Shown here: in pieces, positions 33,688 to 49,400 of the stretch | Layout of the letters: each line of letters starts with the position of its first letter | Numbering within the stretch: the first letter of the stretch is position 1 | Assembly: GCF_009914755.1 (NCBI RefSeq) | Contig: NC_060947.1 | Source: the human T2T-CHM13v2.0 reference genome, Homo sapiens | DNA length: 64,000 nucleotides | Reading direction: 5' to 3' (one strand) | The notes under the pieces: generated by a model | Told to the model about the DNA's origin: nothing | The model's input: only the letters and a program-made list of their open reading frames with translations | The model's database searches: none | Program-made: the position numbers and the translations under genes

Positions 33688-33965
33688 TTTTTTTTTTGAG
33701 AGGGAGTCTCGATCTGTCACCCAGGCTGGAGTGCAGTGGGCGATCTCGGCTCACCGCAAGCTCCGCCTCCCGGGTTCACGCCATTCTCCTGCCTAAGCCT
33801 CCTGAGTAGCTGGGACTACAGGCGCCCACAACCACGCCCGGCTAATTTTTTGTATTTTTAGTAGAGACGGGGTTTCACCGTGGTCTCGATCTCCTGACCT
33901 CGTGATCTGCTCGCCTCGGCCTCCCAAAGTGCTGGGATTACAGGCGTGAGCCACCGCGCCCGGCC
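33688..33965 (-). mobile_element. Young AluY with a 12-bp left-arm deletion (AluYd-like)
   Basis: TTTCACCG^TGGTCTCGATC lacks TGTTAGCCAGGA. CpGs retained. TSD tgttaacaat. Confidence 0.88.
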
Positions 33966-34018
33966 TGTTAACAATTATTTAGACTTAACTCTTGAGTTTT
34001 ACTAGTTCATTTACTCAC

Positions 34019-34085
34019 CACCGTCTTTAGAGGTAGTAGCCTCATCATCATTCCCATCTCCTGATCCAGATGACTGTGACATCAT
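34019..34085 (-). CDS. CUL4B: CUL4B distal first coding exon (long isoform), MMSQSSGSGDGNDDEATTSKDG(G); exon starts about 34098
   Basis: Reverse complement reads ATG ATG TCA CAG...AAA GAC GGT G|gtgagt. Acceptor ttttctatcgtag| lies 13 nt upstream of the ATG. 67 nt is phase 1 and joins the acceptor at 20088. Peptide recognised as the long CUL4B N-terminus. Confidence 0.93.
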
Positions 34086-34873
34086 CCGTCCTTTGGGTCT
34101 ACGATAGAAAACAGAGAATTCACTTTTCCAGCAGTCCTCTCCCATATCTGTATAGTGTTATGAATTCATTGACTCTGGTTTCCCAGCCAATTTTATCCTA
34201 TTTGTTCCATATCTTCAAGGAAATTATCAAAATTTTGGTCTGCTAATCACATCCTTCCTTGCTAACCCTTGCAATTTTAGTGCTATTCTTTTACTCGTTT
34301 TTTTCTTCTGTCATTTCAAGCTGATTTGGCAGGGAAAACACATTTGTTAAGATTCTCTTAAATTGGAAGCCTGACATGCCATTTTAAATTACAATGGCTT
34401 GAACTCCTACGGGCTTGAATGTCAACAAAACAGATTCCCCTCAAAGTGTCCTCCAGCTATTTCTGGAGGTTCTTCAAAGTACTATCTCACTTATGATCTG
34501 AATCAGTCACAAATTTTCTTCTGTTCCTGCCTCTTCTTTAAGCTGCAGTGCTATGGTTGTTGAAGGCCATCTTGTGATCACCACTTTGCTGGGTAGGATC
34601 TTCACCACAAATAACTATGACTCTAACGAGCTTTTCCCTAAGTTATCCGCATCACAGGTGAATAAAGGCTGTAACTTTTAACATACCTCTTATAAATATT
34701 TGGGAATAACGAAACCTAGCACAACATTGAGAATAACTTAAAATTGCCTAAAAATGTGGCTTTGCTTAGGTCTTGTGACCCATAACCAGGTACATAACCA
34801 GGTCCACCTTCAATAAGTTCCTAAACAAGATCCTCCCCACATTCCGAAATCTCAAAAGGGCATTTTAGCTCAC

Positions 34874-35200
34874 CGTCAGTCACTGGAGGATCCGTTGTGT
34901 TCTTCTATCTAAGGTCCGAGCTGTCTAAAGCAGAGGATTGGGAAGACCTTTTGAAAACACTTTAGCAATGCCCGCCCTTTCGGCGGGCTAGGTTCTGCCC
35001 GCCGAGGCTGGCTTTCATGTGTATTTAACACCTTCCGGGATGATAGACTGCAGGGCTGACCAATCTCTGCAGGGGAAACCCCATTAGTCTAACAACAGAG
35101 GCCTGGTTGGAGCCAAAAGAAAAACAAAACGAAAATTTCAAACGATCTCAGAGTTATACAGTTCCCAAAGCCTGGGTTATTCTCTAATAATACTACCTAT
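34874..35200 (-). other. CUL4B: Probable non-coding first exon of the distal CUL4B transcript (5' boundary uncertain)
   Basis: Donor ACTGACG|gtgagc at 34874/34873 in a CpG-enriched unique patch just upstream of the MMSQ exon. TSS not visible in sequence. Confidence 0.55.
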
Positions 35201-35279
35201 GGGACTTAAACAGATAAGCCTAGGTTGTTCTATACCAAGACTGGCAGTTTCTAAACTGAACTGCTGGGGAGGGATTGTG

Positions 35280-35380
35280 TCTTCACAATTGGGTAGTGCT
35301 GACGTCACCCTCATGGGGAGGGGTGGTGCATCAGGGTAGTGCTGACGTCTCCTCCATGGGGAGGGTGAGGGGCATCAGGT
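35280..35380. promoter_or_regulatory. Distal CUL4B promoter element: 43-bp tandem duplication with CRE sites
   Basis: TGACGTCA at 35300-35307 and TGACGTCT at 35343-35350 inside a duplicated unit GGGTAGTGCTGACGTC...GCATCAGG. Confidence 0.55.
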
Positions 35381-35919
35381 TCTCCACGTGGTCTCTGCTG
35401 AGCGGGAAAAGGTGGGGGATGGGAGATGGGAACTGGAGCCTTCTAAGAGCCGAAGTCTAGGCTCCTGTTCCGCCATTGCTGGCTTGGGTAAGGGTGAGTC
35501 TGCATTTTTTCTTTTTTCCCATGGCATTTGGCTTGACTAGATTAGCTATCTAAAATTTTCTCGATTGCTAGATTGCTCCTTTTTGGGTTCTTTGTCTTGA
35601 GAGACAAGTTTTGTTAAGGCTTTAGTCTGTGTCTGTTGGTGTTTCACACTGTTGTGAATGGGATATATATATGCACACATAATGTCTAGTTCTGTTATTA
35701 CTAGAATAAGAGAAAATTATTGGAATATAACAAAAGAATGTTAATTTTAAAATCTAGGTGGTGGGTGTATTGATGTTCATTGTAAAAATTCTTTAAACTT
35801 TTCTGCATGTTTGAACATTTTTATAACAAATATTGGAAAATAAAAGGGAGCTATTTAATAATACTTTGAAAAGGAAAAAAATGGAAATGATGGGATTCTA
35901 TATATTTATTTTGCATCTG

Positions 35920-36520
35920 GCTTGTATTAGGACTCTTGTTTGCAAGTGACAGAAACCCAACTTGAATAATCTTAAGAGGAAAATTGAGTTTATTGGTTAA
36001 CGTAACTGGGAAGAATAGGGCAGATCTCAGAACCAACTAGATCGAGGGACTCAAATGGTATCTAGGCTCTCACTCCGTCTCATCTTTCATCTCTGCTTCT
36101 CTCTGTATCGCCTAATTCTCTAAGACTCTTACATGGTAGAGACCCGACATGGCTACTAATTTCTCTGGGTCACATCCTTACAGTTCAATATCCAAGGAAA
36201 AGAGAAAATTACTTCTTTACCTTTGATTTGGAAAATTCCAAGGGAGATCTTGTATCTCTGGGCCAGGTCTCATGCCTACCACTTGGAGCTACCACTGAGT
36301 CCAATGGGGTTGGATATTATGATTATGATGTTATGATTAGTCCATCCTGGGTTAGGTGCCCAGCCACAGGCAGCGGAGGGGACTATTGTGATTGCCTGTC
36401 CTACCAGGACTATATTGAAAGGATAAAGTAGGAGCAGGTACCCAAAGGAAGAAGAATGCTGTTGCTAGAAGCAGAGAGGAAGGAATGCTGGGCAAAGCAA
36501 AATAGCAGATATCCACTACA
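35920..36520. mobile_element. Old MaLR LTR (MLT1J/K-like)
   Basis: TTGCAAGTGACAGAAACCCAACT start motif and ATGCTGGGCA...ATATCCACTACA end. Confidence 0.6.
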
Positions 36521-36789
36521 TAGGCTTATTAGTTTTAATGTTTTTAAGTTACATTTCTTGGATTCTCAATGTGTATAATCATATCTATAAATATACTTTT
36601 TCCTCTTTTCTCTTTCTTTTAGATTTATACAGCTTATTTTGTTTTCTTGTTTTGTCACATTCCAGAGCCTTCAAAACACTGTAGTGGACATCTATGCTTT
36701 ATTCCTGAATTTCAGGGGACGTGACTTGATTATGATGCTTTCTATTGGCTTTTCGATACTCTTTACTGTGTTTAGAAAGCTCTTTTCTA

Positions 36790-37083
36790 GCTGGGTGTGG
36801 TGGCTCATGTCTGTAATTCCAGCGCTTTGGGAGGCCGAGGTAGGTGGATTGAGCCCTGGAGTGCGACAGCAGCATGGGCAATATGGTAAAACCAGTCTCT
36901 ACAAAGAATACAAAAAATTAGCTGGGTATGGTGGTGCATGTCTGTAGTCCCAGCTACTCCAAAGGCTGAAGTGGGAGGATCACCTGAGCCTGGGGAGGCA
37001 GAGGTTGCAGTGAGCAGAGATCACGCCACTGTACTCTAACCTGGGCAACAGAGCGAGACCATGGCCAAAAAAAAAAAAAAAAA
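36790..37083 (+). mobile_element. Alu (J-type)
   Basis: Dimer with A-tail. Confidence 0.88.
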
Positions 37084-37332
37084 GTTTTTTTTCTATTCTC
37101 ATTGTACTTTCTATACTCATTGCACTCATTTATAAGGAATAGCTGCTGATTTTTATCCAGTGCCTTTTGGCCATCCATTAACAGGTAAGACTACATCAAA
37201 ATTAAAAATTTTGTAAGGAAGATAGTAAAGTACAGAAATCACCTGAAAACAAGAAAATGGAGAAACTGGAATGTAGACTTTACCTTCCGTGAAACTAGGA
37301 GTGGTAAATGCTACATGAAAACACTGCTTAGA

Positions 37333-37662
<330 letters not shown>

Positions 37663-37883
37663 GGCAGATGGAAAGCAGATGGATAGGTGACTAAATTATT
37701 TTAGCTAGCCCCAGTAGAAGCACTCATCATAAATCCCATGGACGTTCTAAGTGCTTTACATATGTTACTCCAGCAAAAGAGGTCTATTATTTGTAGAAAC
37801 TAAACAAGAGACATCTGGATGCTCATTATGTAGCTTTATTTGTAAAAGTTCATTGAGCAGTACACTTATAATTTGTGAATTTC

Positions 37884-38192
<309 letters not shown>

Positions 38193-38249
38193 AATGATTT
38201 GTGCATTTCTGTATGTTATTTATCAATAAAACGTTTTTAAAATAGACTA

Positions 38250-38993
38250 AAATGCAAATAAGTGAAAATGAACCACAGAGGTTATAGACTTAGAGACAAG
38301 TAGGGAAAGTAGAGTATGCTAGACTGAAAATAGGAGGAATAAAGTCTGGGATTCTATTTCTCATATCTAGTTCCTGGAATATAAGCAGGCAGTCTTATAT
38401 CCCAGATAGGAGATTTAAAGGATCCTTCTCTGAAGAATTGAGCCACATCAAAGAATAGTCTACTGGTACAGGTACCTCAACCAAAAAGCATCCTGCTATC
38501 CAATTGCCATACATCAAAGCCCACCCCTTCTCCCAGGCATTCAGAACTTCCAGCCAGCTTTTTAGTGCCTCACTCTTAAATATGAACAAATCACTAAAGA
38601 TTTCAAACAACTCAAGGAAAGTACCAACATGAAAACCAGAAGTGAAACAAAAGCCAAAAAACAGAAAAGGGGAGGTGGGAGAAAATATAAACAATGAAAA
38701 GAACAAATAAAAACATTTTAAAAAGCTGGGCGCGGTGGCTCACGCCTGTAGTCCCAACACTTTGGGAGGCTGTGGTGGGCAGATTACTTGAGGTCAGGAG
38801 ATCAAGACCAGCCTGGCCAACATGGTGAAACCCTGTCTCTACAAAAATAAAAAAGATTAGCTGGGCGTGGTGGCGCACGCCTGTAATCCCAGCTGCTCCG
38901 GAGGCTCAGGCAGGAGAATCACTTGAACCCAGGAGGCAGAGGTTGCAGTGAGCCGAGATCGCACCACTGCACTCCAGCAACACTGTCTCCAAA

Positions 38994-39036
<43 letters not shown>

Positions 39037-39900
39037 AAAACGTTAAAAAAAGCCCTACTAAGCTTCTACTCCAGTATATGCAGAAAGATAAAAGTGTTAT
39101 ATTCATAAAACATGAAGCATGAGCGAGAAAGAGCCCCACATGGAGGCATACCATTGTAAAATTTCAAAGTATTAAAGCAGACCTTAAAAGCTTCCAGAAG
39201 TAGGAAGAAGTAAAAGTTTCCATACAAAGGATCAAGAATAAGAATGGCATTTGGCTTCTCAATAGAAATCAGTAAAGCTGAAAGACAGCGGAACCATACT
39301 TCAAAATTATTAGTGAATATGATTTCCAATGTAGAATTCTATATTCAGTCAACATATCAGTTGAGTTTTAAGGTAGAATAAATACATTTTCAGTCATGCA
39401 GTGCTTAAATAATTTTCCTCCCATGCACACACTCACAAGAAGTGACTAGAAGACATGCTCCACTAAAACTAAAGGGCAAACCAAGAAAGAGGAAGACATG
39501 GCATCCAGGAAACAGATGATCTGACACAGGATATTGAAATAGGAAGACAGAGGCATCTAAGAAAATAAAATGGAATGGATAGATCATCTATTAATTTAAC
39601 TGTCTATAAAATTATATTGAAAGTCTGGCTCTCTTCTCAGAAACCCAGCCCCCTCACCCCTCATTCACCCTAGAGGAAAAATAAAGGAGCTCTGTTTCAT
39701 AGTTCGGGATGACTTAGCCATAGGTACAGGCAGGGCTGCCATATATAACTGCATAAGTTATGCACTGCACAACTCCACAGAGCACCATAGAAAAATGAAG
39801 CAAATGAAAAGGAGAGGCAATTGTTAAATCCAGGAAAAGCAAATGTTTAAGAAAGGAAATGTAATTATAATATATTATGTGGCTCATCAGTTAATTATTT
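38250..39900 (+). mobile_element. Degenerate old L1M 5'/ORF1 region, interrupted by an Alu at 38725-39040
   Basis: ORF1-like segments (TACAAAGGATCAAGAATAAGAATGGC, AGAATTCTATATTCAG). The Alu has a (TAAA)n tail. Confidence 0.6.
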
Positions 39901-40344
39901 ACACATAATAGTTTATCCAAAAGTTGCTATAACTCTGTTGAGAGGATGAGGAGGAGAGAACTGGGGGGAAGATAAGAAAGCCTAAATAGATTATGGTACA
40001 TCCATGTAGTAGAACACTGCAGCCATTACAAAGAAAATGATGGCGCCGTATGTATCCATCTGAAAGGAGTCTGTGATACATTAAGTGAGGCATAAAACCA
40101 GTTGTAGCCCAATGTCTATTGACTAATCCTATTTTTGTTTTAAATATATAAATAAAGGTATATGCATTCTGGTGTATCTGCTGATGGCCCTGGTGAGTGA
40201 GTGAAGTAAATTGTGGGAGAGAGGTTGTAGCATGTCCAATAGATGCCTCGTCTCTAATTCCTAAGGACAACTCCTAGGGAGTCCTAGTGGTGGTTGATGG
40301 TCTCTAAGAGTTGTTGGTGGCATTTGCATTGAAGACCTCTCCTC

Positions 40345-40653
40345 GGCCGGGTGCGGTGGCTCACGCCTGTAATCCCAGCACTTTGGGAGGCCAAGGCGGG
40401 CAGATCATGAGGTCAGGAGTTCGAGACCAGCCTGACCAACATGGTGAAACCCTGTCTCTACTAAAAATACAAAAATTAGCCACGCATGGTGGTGTGTGCC
40501 TGCAATCCCAGGTACTCAGAAGGCTGAGGCAGGAGAATCGCTTGAACCTGGGAGGCAGAGATCGCAGTGAGCTGAGATCGCGCCACTGCACTCCAACGTG
40601 AGCGACAGATTGAGACTCTGTCTCAAAAAACAAACAAAACAAAACAAAAAAAA
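40345..40653 (+). mobile_element. Alu (S-type)
   Basis: Full dimer. Confidence 0.92.
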
Positions 40654-41354
40654 CTCTCTTCTTGGTGCTGAGAGTGACTCTATTAGAAGCCTAAGTGAGG
40701 AGAGCCTAGTCTTTAAAACCAGAGTTCCCTGGTTGTTAGAAGGATGATCTCTGGGCTGCTCTGCAATGTTGGCTCCGCTAGGACTCAGGGATTCAGGGCT
40801 GTCTCTTGGTGCAGTGGAAAGTGGGGAGCAAAGACTGCTGTCATAGAAGGCCTACTTTAGCAAAGTCTCTCTGAGTTTCAACTGACCTTTCAGACCTGTG
40901 CGTGGAATTGGGAGACACTCCAGAAGGCAGAGGCCTTGTCTCTGGGCATTGTGATTAGCACCAGCAGAGGCCACCATAATTGGTAATATGGTTCTGCAGC
41001 CTATGCCCCCCACACAGCTATGTGTGGGGAAATGAAATCTAGCCTATACTGTACTAGTAACCAAGCCTTGTGTACTAATTCAGGGGTGCCATGGTCAGCA
41101 GAGAAAGGCAAACTTTCTTATGACTGGCCTATCCAAAGAGGTGCCTTTTTCCAATTAATCTACCCCAAGGGGAGACTATTTTTTGCAATGTTTCTGCTCC
41201 GAAGGTCATACCCTTTTATAATTTGCCCTAAGGGGTCTTATGTGCTAGCTGTAGCCTTTGCTCTTTCTAAAACACTGATATGCAGATTGTAGGTCCTTAA
41301 GTCCTAATGGTCATGAGTAATCATAATATAAATATTGTACAATAGTAAGAAAGA

Positions 41355-41568
41355 GAAGAAGAAGAAGAAGAAGAAGAAGAAGAAGAAGAAGAAGAAGAAG
41401 AAGAAGAAGAAGAAGAAGAGGAAGAAAAGAAGAAGAGAAGAAGAAGAGAAGAAGAAGAAGAAGAAGAAGAAGAAGAAGAAGAAGAAGAAGAAGAAGAAGA
41501 AGAAAAGAAGAAGAAGAAGAAAAGAAGAAGAAGAAGAAGAAGAAGAAGAAGAAGAAGAAGAAGAAGAA

Positions 41569-41600
<32 letters not shown>

Positions 41601-41601
41601 A
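41355..41601 (+). repeat. Long interrupted (GAA)n trinucleotide tract
   Basis: 247 bp of purines. Pure blocks of 21 (41355-41417), 19 (41448-41504) and 22 (41524-41589) GAA units. Confidence 0.97.
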
Positions 41602-42344
41602 ATCCTGAGTAATCAGAAGCCTTCCCTGGAAGAGGCCCTTTCTCCTTGCCTCTCTGAGTGAGCCCTGGCCAGTCTCCTCACCTCAGGCAAATTGACATAA
41701 GAAAATGACTCTGGTCAGATTAAATCAAGATGGCAGCCTACGCACCTGTAACTTTGTTCTCATCCTCCCCACTTCAAATCCCTTAAAATATTACAATGGC
41801 AAAATAAACAAGAGCAGTATAATTAAAGGAAAGTGTACCATCAGCAGTCCAGAAATTGTGAAGAATCCCCTGAGGATAGAAATCAGTTAGAATCATATTG
41901 ATAAGAGAGGAAGAGAAGCCTGGTCCAAAACCTGCAAGAGAAGATTACGGGAGTAAATCCAGAGAAAATCAAATTTCAGAATAAATAAATGCAAACGCAT
42001 GGGAAGGGGGAACTTCCAGTTAATTAAAGAATTGCATTCACTACAATTGGAATGGAGCAGTTAAAAAAACAAACAAATGAGAACTATATTCAGAAAAGAA
42101 GGGTCACTTCTGTGGCTGTTTCTGTCCTTCCTTCCCCCCAACTTATTCCAAGGTTAAAACCTAGAATTTCACACTAAAGAAAGCGAACTACTTGCTTCCA
42201 AAGGTTTGCTAATGTGAGTGTAGGATCCTAGAAAAACGAAAACAACAGAACAGACCTTTGTGTAATCTGGACTTTCAGGAAATATAGGGAAAAAAACAGA
42301 AGCAGTTTTGATCGTGAGAGAAATACACTCCTGAGTAATACCAG

Positions 42345-42860
42345 TGAAACTGCCTTTGCAAAATTATGACAGTAAAAGGCCTTTATGCTTTTTCCCTTCT
42401 TGGATCTTGTTTTTTGAGGAAAAGGTTTTTTTCTTCCCAGTTGACTGAATTATGTTTCTCCATTTACTTCTGTCTGCCCTCTTGCCACCCTTGATGCCCA
42501 CATGAGAGGACCTAAGATGATTCCTAACAGCATGGGACCCCTCAGGAAAAACAGAAGGCACCACAGACTCTGTTTTGGGTGGAACCTCTGTTTTCCTCAT
42601 GGAACCCCAGGAGTCGTAAGCAAACAGATTAGATATAAGGCTCTACTCTGTTTTGCACTGTAATACCTGACCTTTTTACTTTGCGTATTGAGATAGCTTT
42701 TAGCCTTGGTATGTAATAGCTAGGTAGGAGATATACTTTTAGGGATGGTTAATGGCAGTTATGGGGGGATACTCGGTTCTTTGCATGTTTAGATAATAAA
42801 ATAATGCTTTTGGTCACCTGGAAGGTATGGAAACATTCCCAGCCCGCACTGAGAGGTAAG
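42345..42860. mobile_element. ERV1-class LTR/internal fragments
   Basis: TGAAACTGCCTTTGCAAAATTATGAC (LTR8/MER4-type start) followed by ERV1-like sequence. Confidence 0.5.
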
Positions 42861-42864
42861 GCTC

Positions 42865-43048
42865 TGATATGGTTTTGCTGTGTCCCTATCCAAAATCTCA
42901 TCTTGAATTGTAATCAAAATTGTAATCCCCACATATTGGGGGAAGGTCCTCGTGGGAGGTGATTAGATCTTGGGGGTGGTTCCCTCATGCTGTTCTTATG
43001 AGAGTGAGTGAATTATCATGAGATCTGATGGTTTTCTAATTGTCTGGT
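42865..43048 (+). mobile_element. 5' part of a THE1/MST MaLR LTR, abutting a partial minus-strand Alu (43066-43246)
   Basis: TGATATGGTTT..CTGTGTCCC..AAATCTCATCTTGAATTGTAATC. Confidence 0.8.
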
Positions 43049-43469
43049 TAGACAATCTGATTGTCCCTCCTGAGTAGCTGGGACAATAGGTGCATGCCAC
43101 CACACCCAGCTAATTTTTGTATTTTCTGTAGAGACGGGGGTCTCACTGTGTTGCCTAGGCTGGTCTTGAACTCCTGGCCTCAGGTGATCCTCCCACCTCA
43201 GCCCCCCGAGTAGCTGGGATTACAGATATGAGCCACCATGCCTGGCAAAGGGATATTTAATATTGATAAAAGGTGCACTCCACCAAGAACATGTGACTGT
43301 CATGGACCTTTATGCACATAATGACATGAATAAGAAATATAAAGCAAAGTCTGTTAGAAATACAAGGAGAATAAACATTTACAAATAGTCACGGGGGGAG
43401 AGTCCCCTCTCTTGCTCTCCCTTCTCTCCTTCCCAACTTCTCTCCTTATCTTTTTCTTGCTTTCTCCTC

Positions 43470-47200
<3,731 letters not shown>

Positions 47201-47204
47201 CCTT

Positions 47205-47450
47205 CTGAACAAAGCTGGAGGCATCATACTATGTGACTTCAAATTATATTACAAGGCTATAGTGACCAAAACAGCATGGTATTGTTATAAAAACAGACAC
47301 ATAGACCAATTGAACAGAATAGATAATCCAGAAATAAATCCATGTATTTATAGCCAACTGATTATAGACAAAGGCACCAAGAACATACATTGGAGAAAAG
47401 ACACTGCCTTCAATAAATGGTGCTGGTGTTGTTACATGGATATATTGGGA

Positions 47451-47496
<46 letters not shown>

Positions 47497-48885
47497 ACAA
47501 ATAAATGGTCCTGCAAAAATTGGATATTTATATTCAGAAGAATGAAATCCGACCCCTATCTCTCACCATATACAAAAATTTAAGATGGATTAAAGACTTA
47601 AACATAAGATCCAAAACTATAAAACTACTAGAGGAAAATGGGAGGAACACTTCTGGACATTTATCTAGGCAAATATTTTATGGCTAAGACCTCAAAAGCA
47701 CAGGCAACAAAAACAAACAAACAAAAAGGACAAATGTGACTTAATTAAACAAAAAGCTTTTGCATAGCAAAGGAAACACAAAATAAAAAGGCAACCTACG
47801 GAATGAGAAAAACATTTGCAAACTAGGTATCTGATAAGGGTTTAATATTCAAAATATATAAGGAACTCAACACCATAGTAAAAACAATGACAAAAACAAC
47901 AACAAAGTAATTCTATTAAAAAAGTGGTCAAAGGGCATGAATAGACATCTCTCCAAAGAAGACACACAAATGGCCAAAAGATATATAAAAAATGCTCAAT
48001 GTCGCTAATTATCAGGAAAATGCAAATCAAAACCACAATTAGATATTGTCTGACCCCAGTTAGGATGGCTGTTATTAAAAAGCAAACAACGGATGCTGGT
48101 GAGGATGCAGAGTAAAGGGAACTCATATGCACTGTTGGTGGGAATGTAAATTAGTACAGCCACTATGGAACACAGCATGGAGGTTTCTCAAAAAACTAAA
48201 CATAGAACCACCATATGATCCAGCAATCTCACGACTGAGTATTTACCCAAAAGTAAAGAAATCAGTATAACCAAAAGATACTTGCACCCCAGTGTTTATT
48301 GTAGCAGTATTCATAATAGCCAGGATGCAGAATCAACCTAAATGTTCATTAACAGGCAAATGAATAAAGAAAATGTGGTATTTATACATAATGGAATACT
48401 ATTCAGCCATAAAAATGAAATCCTGTCATTTGCAGCAACATGTCTGGTCATTATGTTAAGTGAAATAAGCCAGGGACAAAACGACAAATATCACATGTTT
48501 TTACTCATCTGTGGGAACTAAAAAAGCTTATCTCATGGGGGTAGAGAGTAGAATGATAGAAACCAGAGGGGGTGGGAAGTGTATGTGGGTGGGGGGGGTT
48601 GATGAAGAAAGATTGGTTAATGGGTACAATAATACAATTACATAGAAGAAATAAGTTACAATGTTTGATAGCAGAGTAGGGTGACCATAGTTTGCAACAA
48701 TGCTTTGTACATTTCAAAATAACAAGAAGAAAGGACTTTAAATATTCCCAACACATAGAAATGATAAAGACTCAAGGTGATGGATACTCTAAATACCCTG
48801 ACTTCATTAATACACATTCGATGCATGCAATGAAATACTACATATACCCTATAAATTTATGCAAATATTATGTATCAGTTTAAAA
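47205..48885 (+). mobile_element. 5'-truncated L1MA4-like LINE (ORF2 3' part and 3'UTR)
   Basis: ORF 47262..47504 [25 protein letters not shown] is L1 ORF2; L1MA-type 3'UTR follows. Confidence 0.88.
47455..47494. repeat. (CA)n microsatellite inside L1
   Basis: About 20 CA units. Confidence 0.95.
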
Positions 48886-49169
48886 GCATGTGTGTAAGAC
48901 TATATTTTCAGGGGTCACTTCTATAGTTTGTTACTAGAGAAGTTTCTCTGAACAGGTAAAGATAAAAAGCACATATGTACTGTGTATATAAATGCGCCAA
49001 AAATTTCTGGAAGGATATACACACAAATGTACACACAATATACACACAAAATTATTGCCAGTCATTACCTATGGGGAAGGAAGGGAAGAGTTAAGGAGGG
49101 GAGGGAGAACGAGGTGGAGTGGGGCAGGACAGGGCAGGACACAGCAGGGACACTTTAAATGTGGTAATT

Positions 49170-49400
49170 TAGAGAGCATAGTGTTGTGACCACTTGAGTT
49201 CAAATCCAGATTCTGGTATTTCATATCTGCGTAATCTTCGGCAAGTTACTTCTTTTTCCTCAGGTTCTTAATTCAAGAAAAGAGAAAATACTAATAGTAT
49301 CTACTTGATAAGTAATTCTGAGAATTAAATGTGTTAATACCTGAACGCATTTGCAACAGTGCCTGGTACATGGTAAGTCCTCAATAAATGTTAGCTATTA
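49170..49400 (+). mobile_element. MIR
   Basis: GAGTTCAAATCC...GGCAAGTTACTT...AGTGCCTGGTACATGGTAAGTCCTCAATAAATGTTAGCT. Confidence 0.75.

Noticed and set aside
41335-41661. 108-aa poly-K/poly-E ORF
   Set aside because: Artefact of the stop-free GAA tract.
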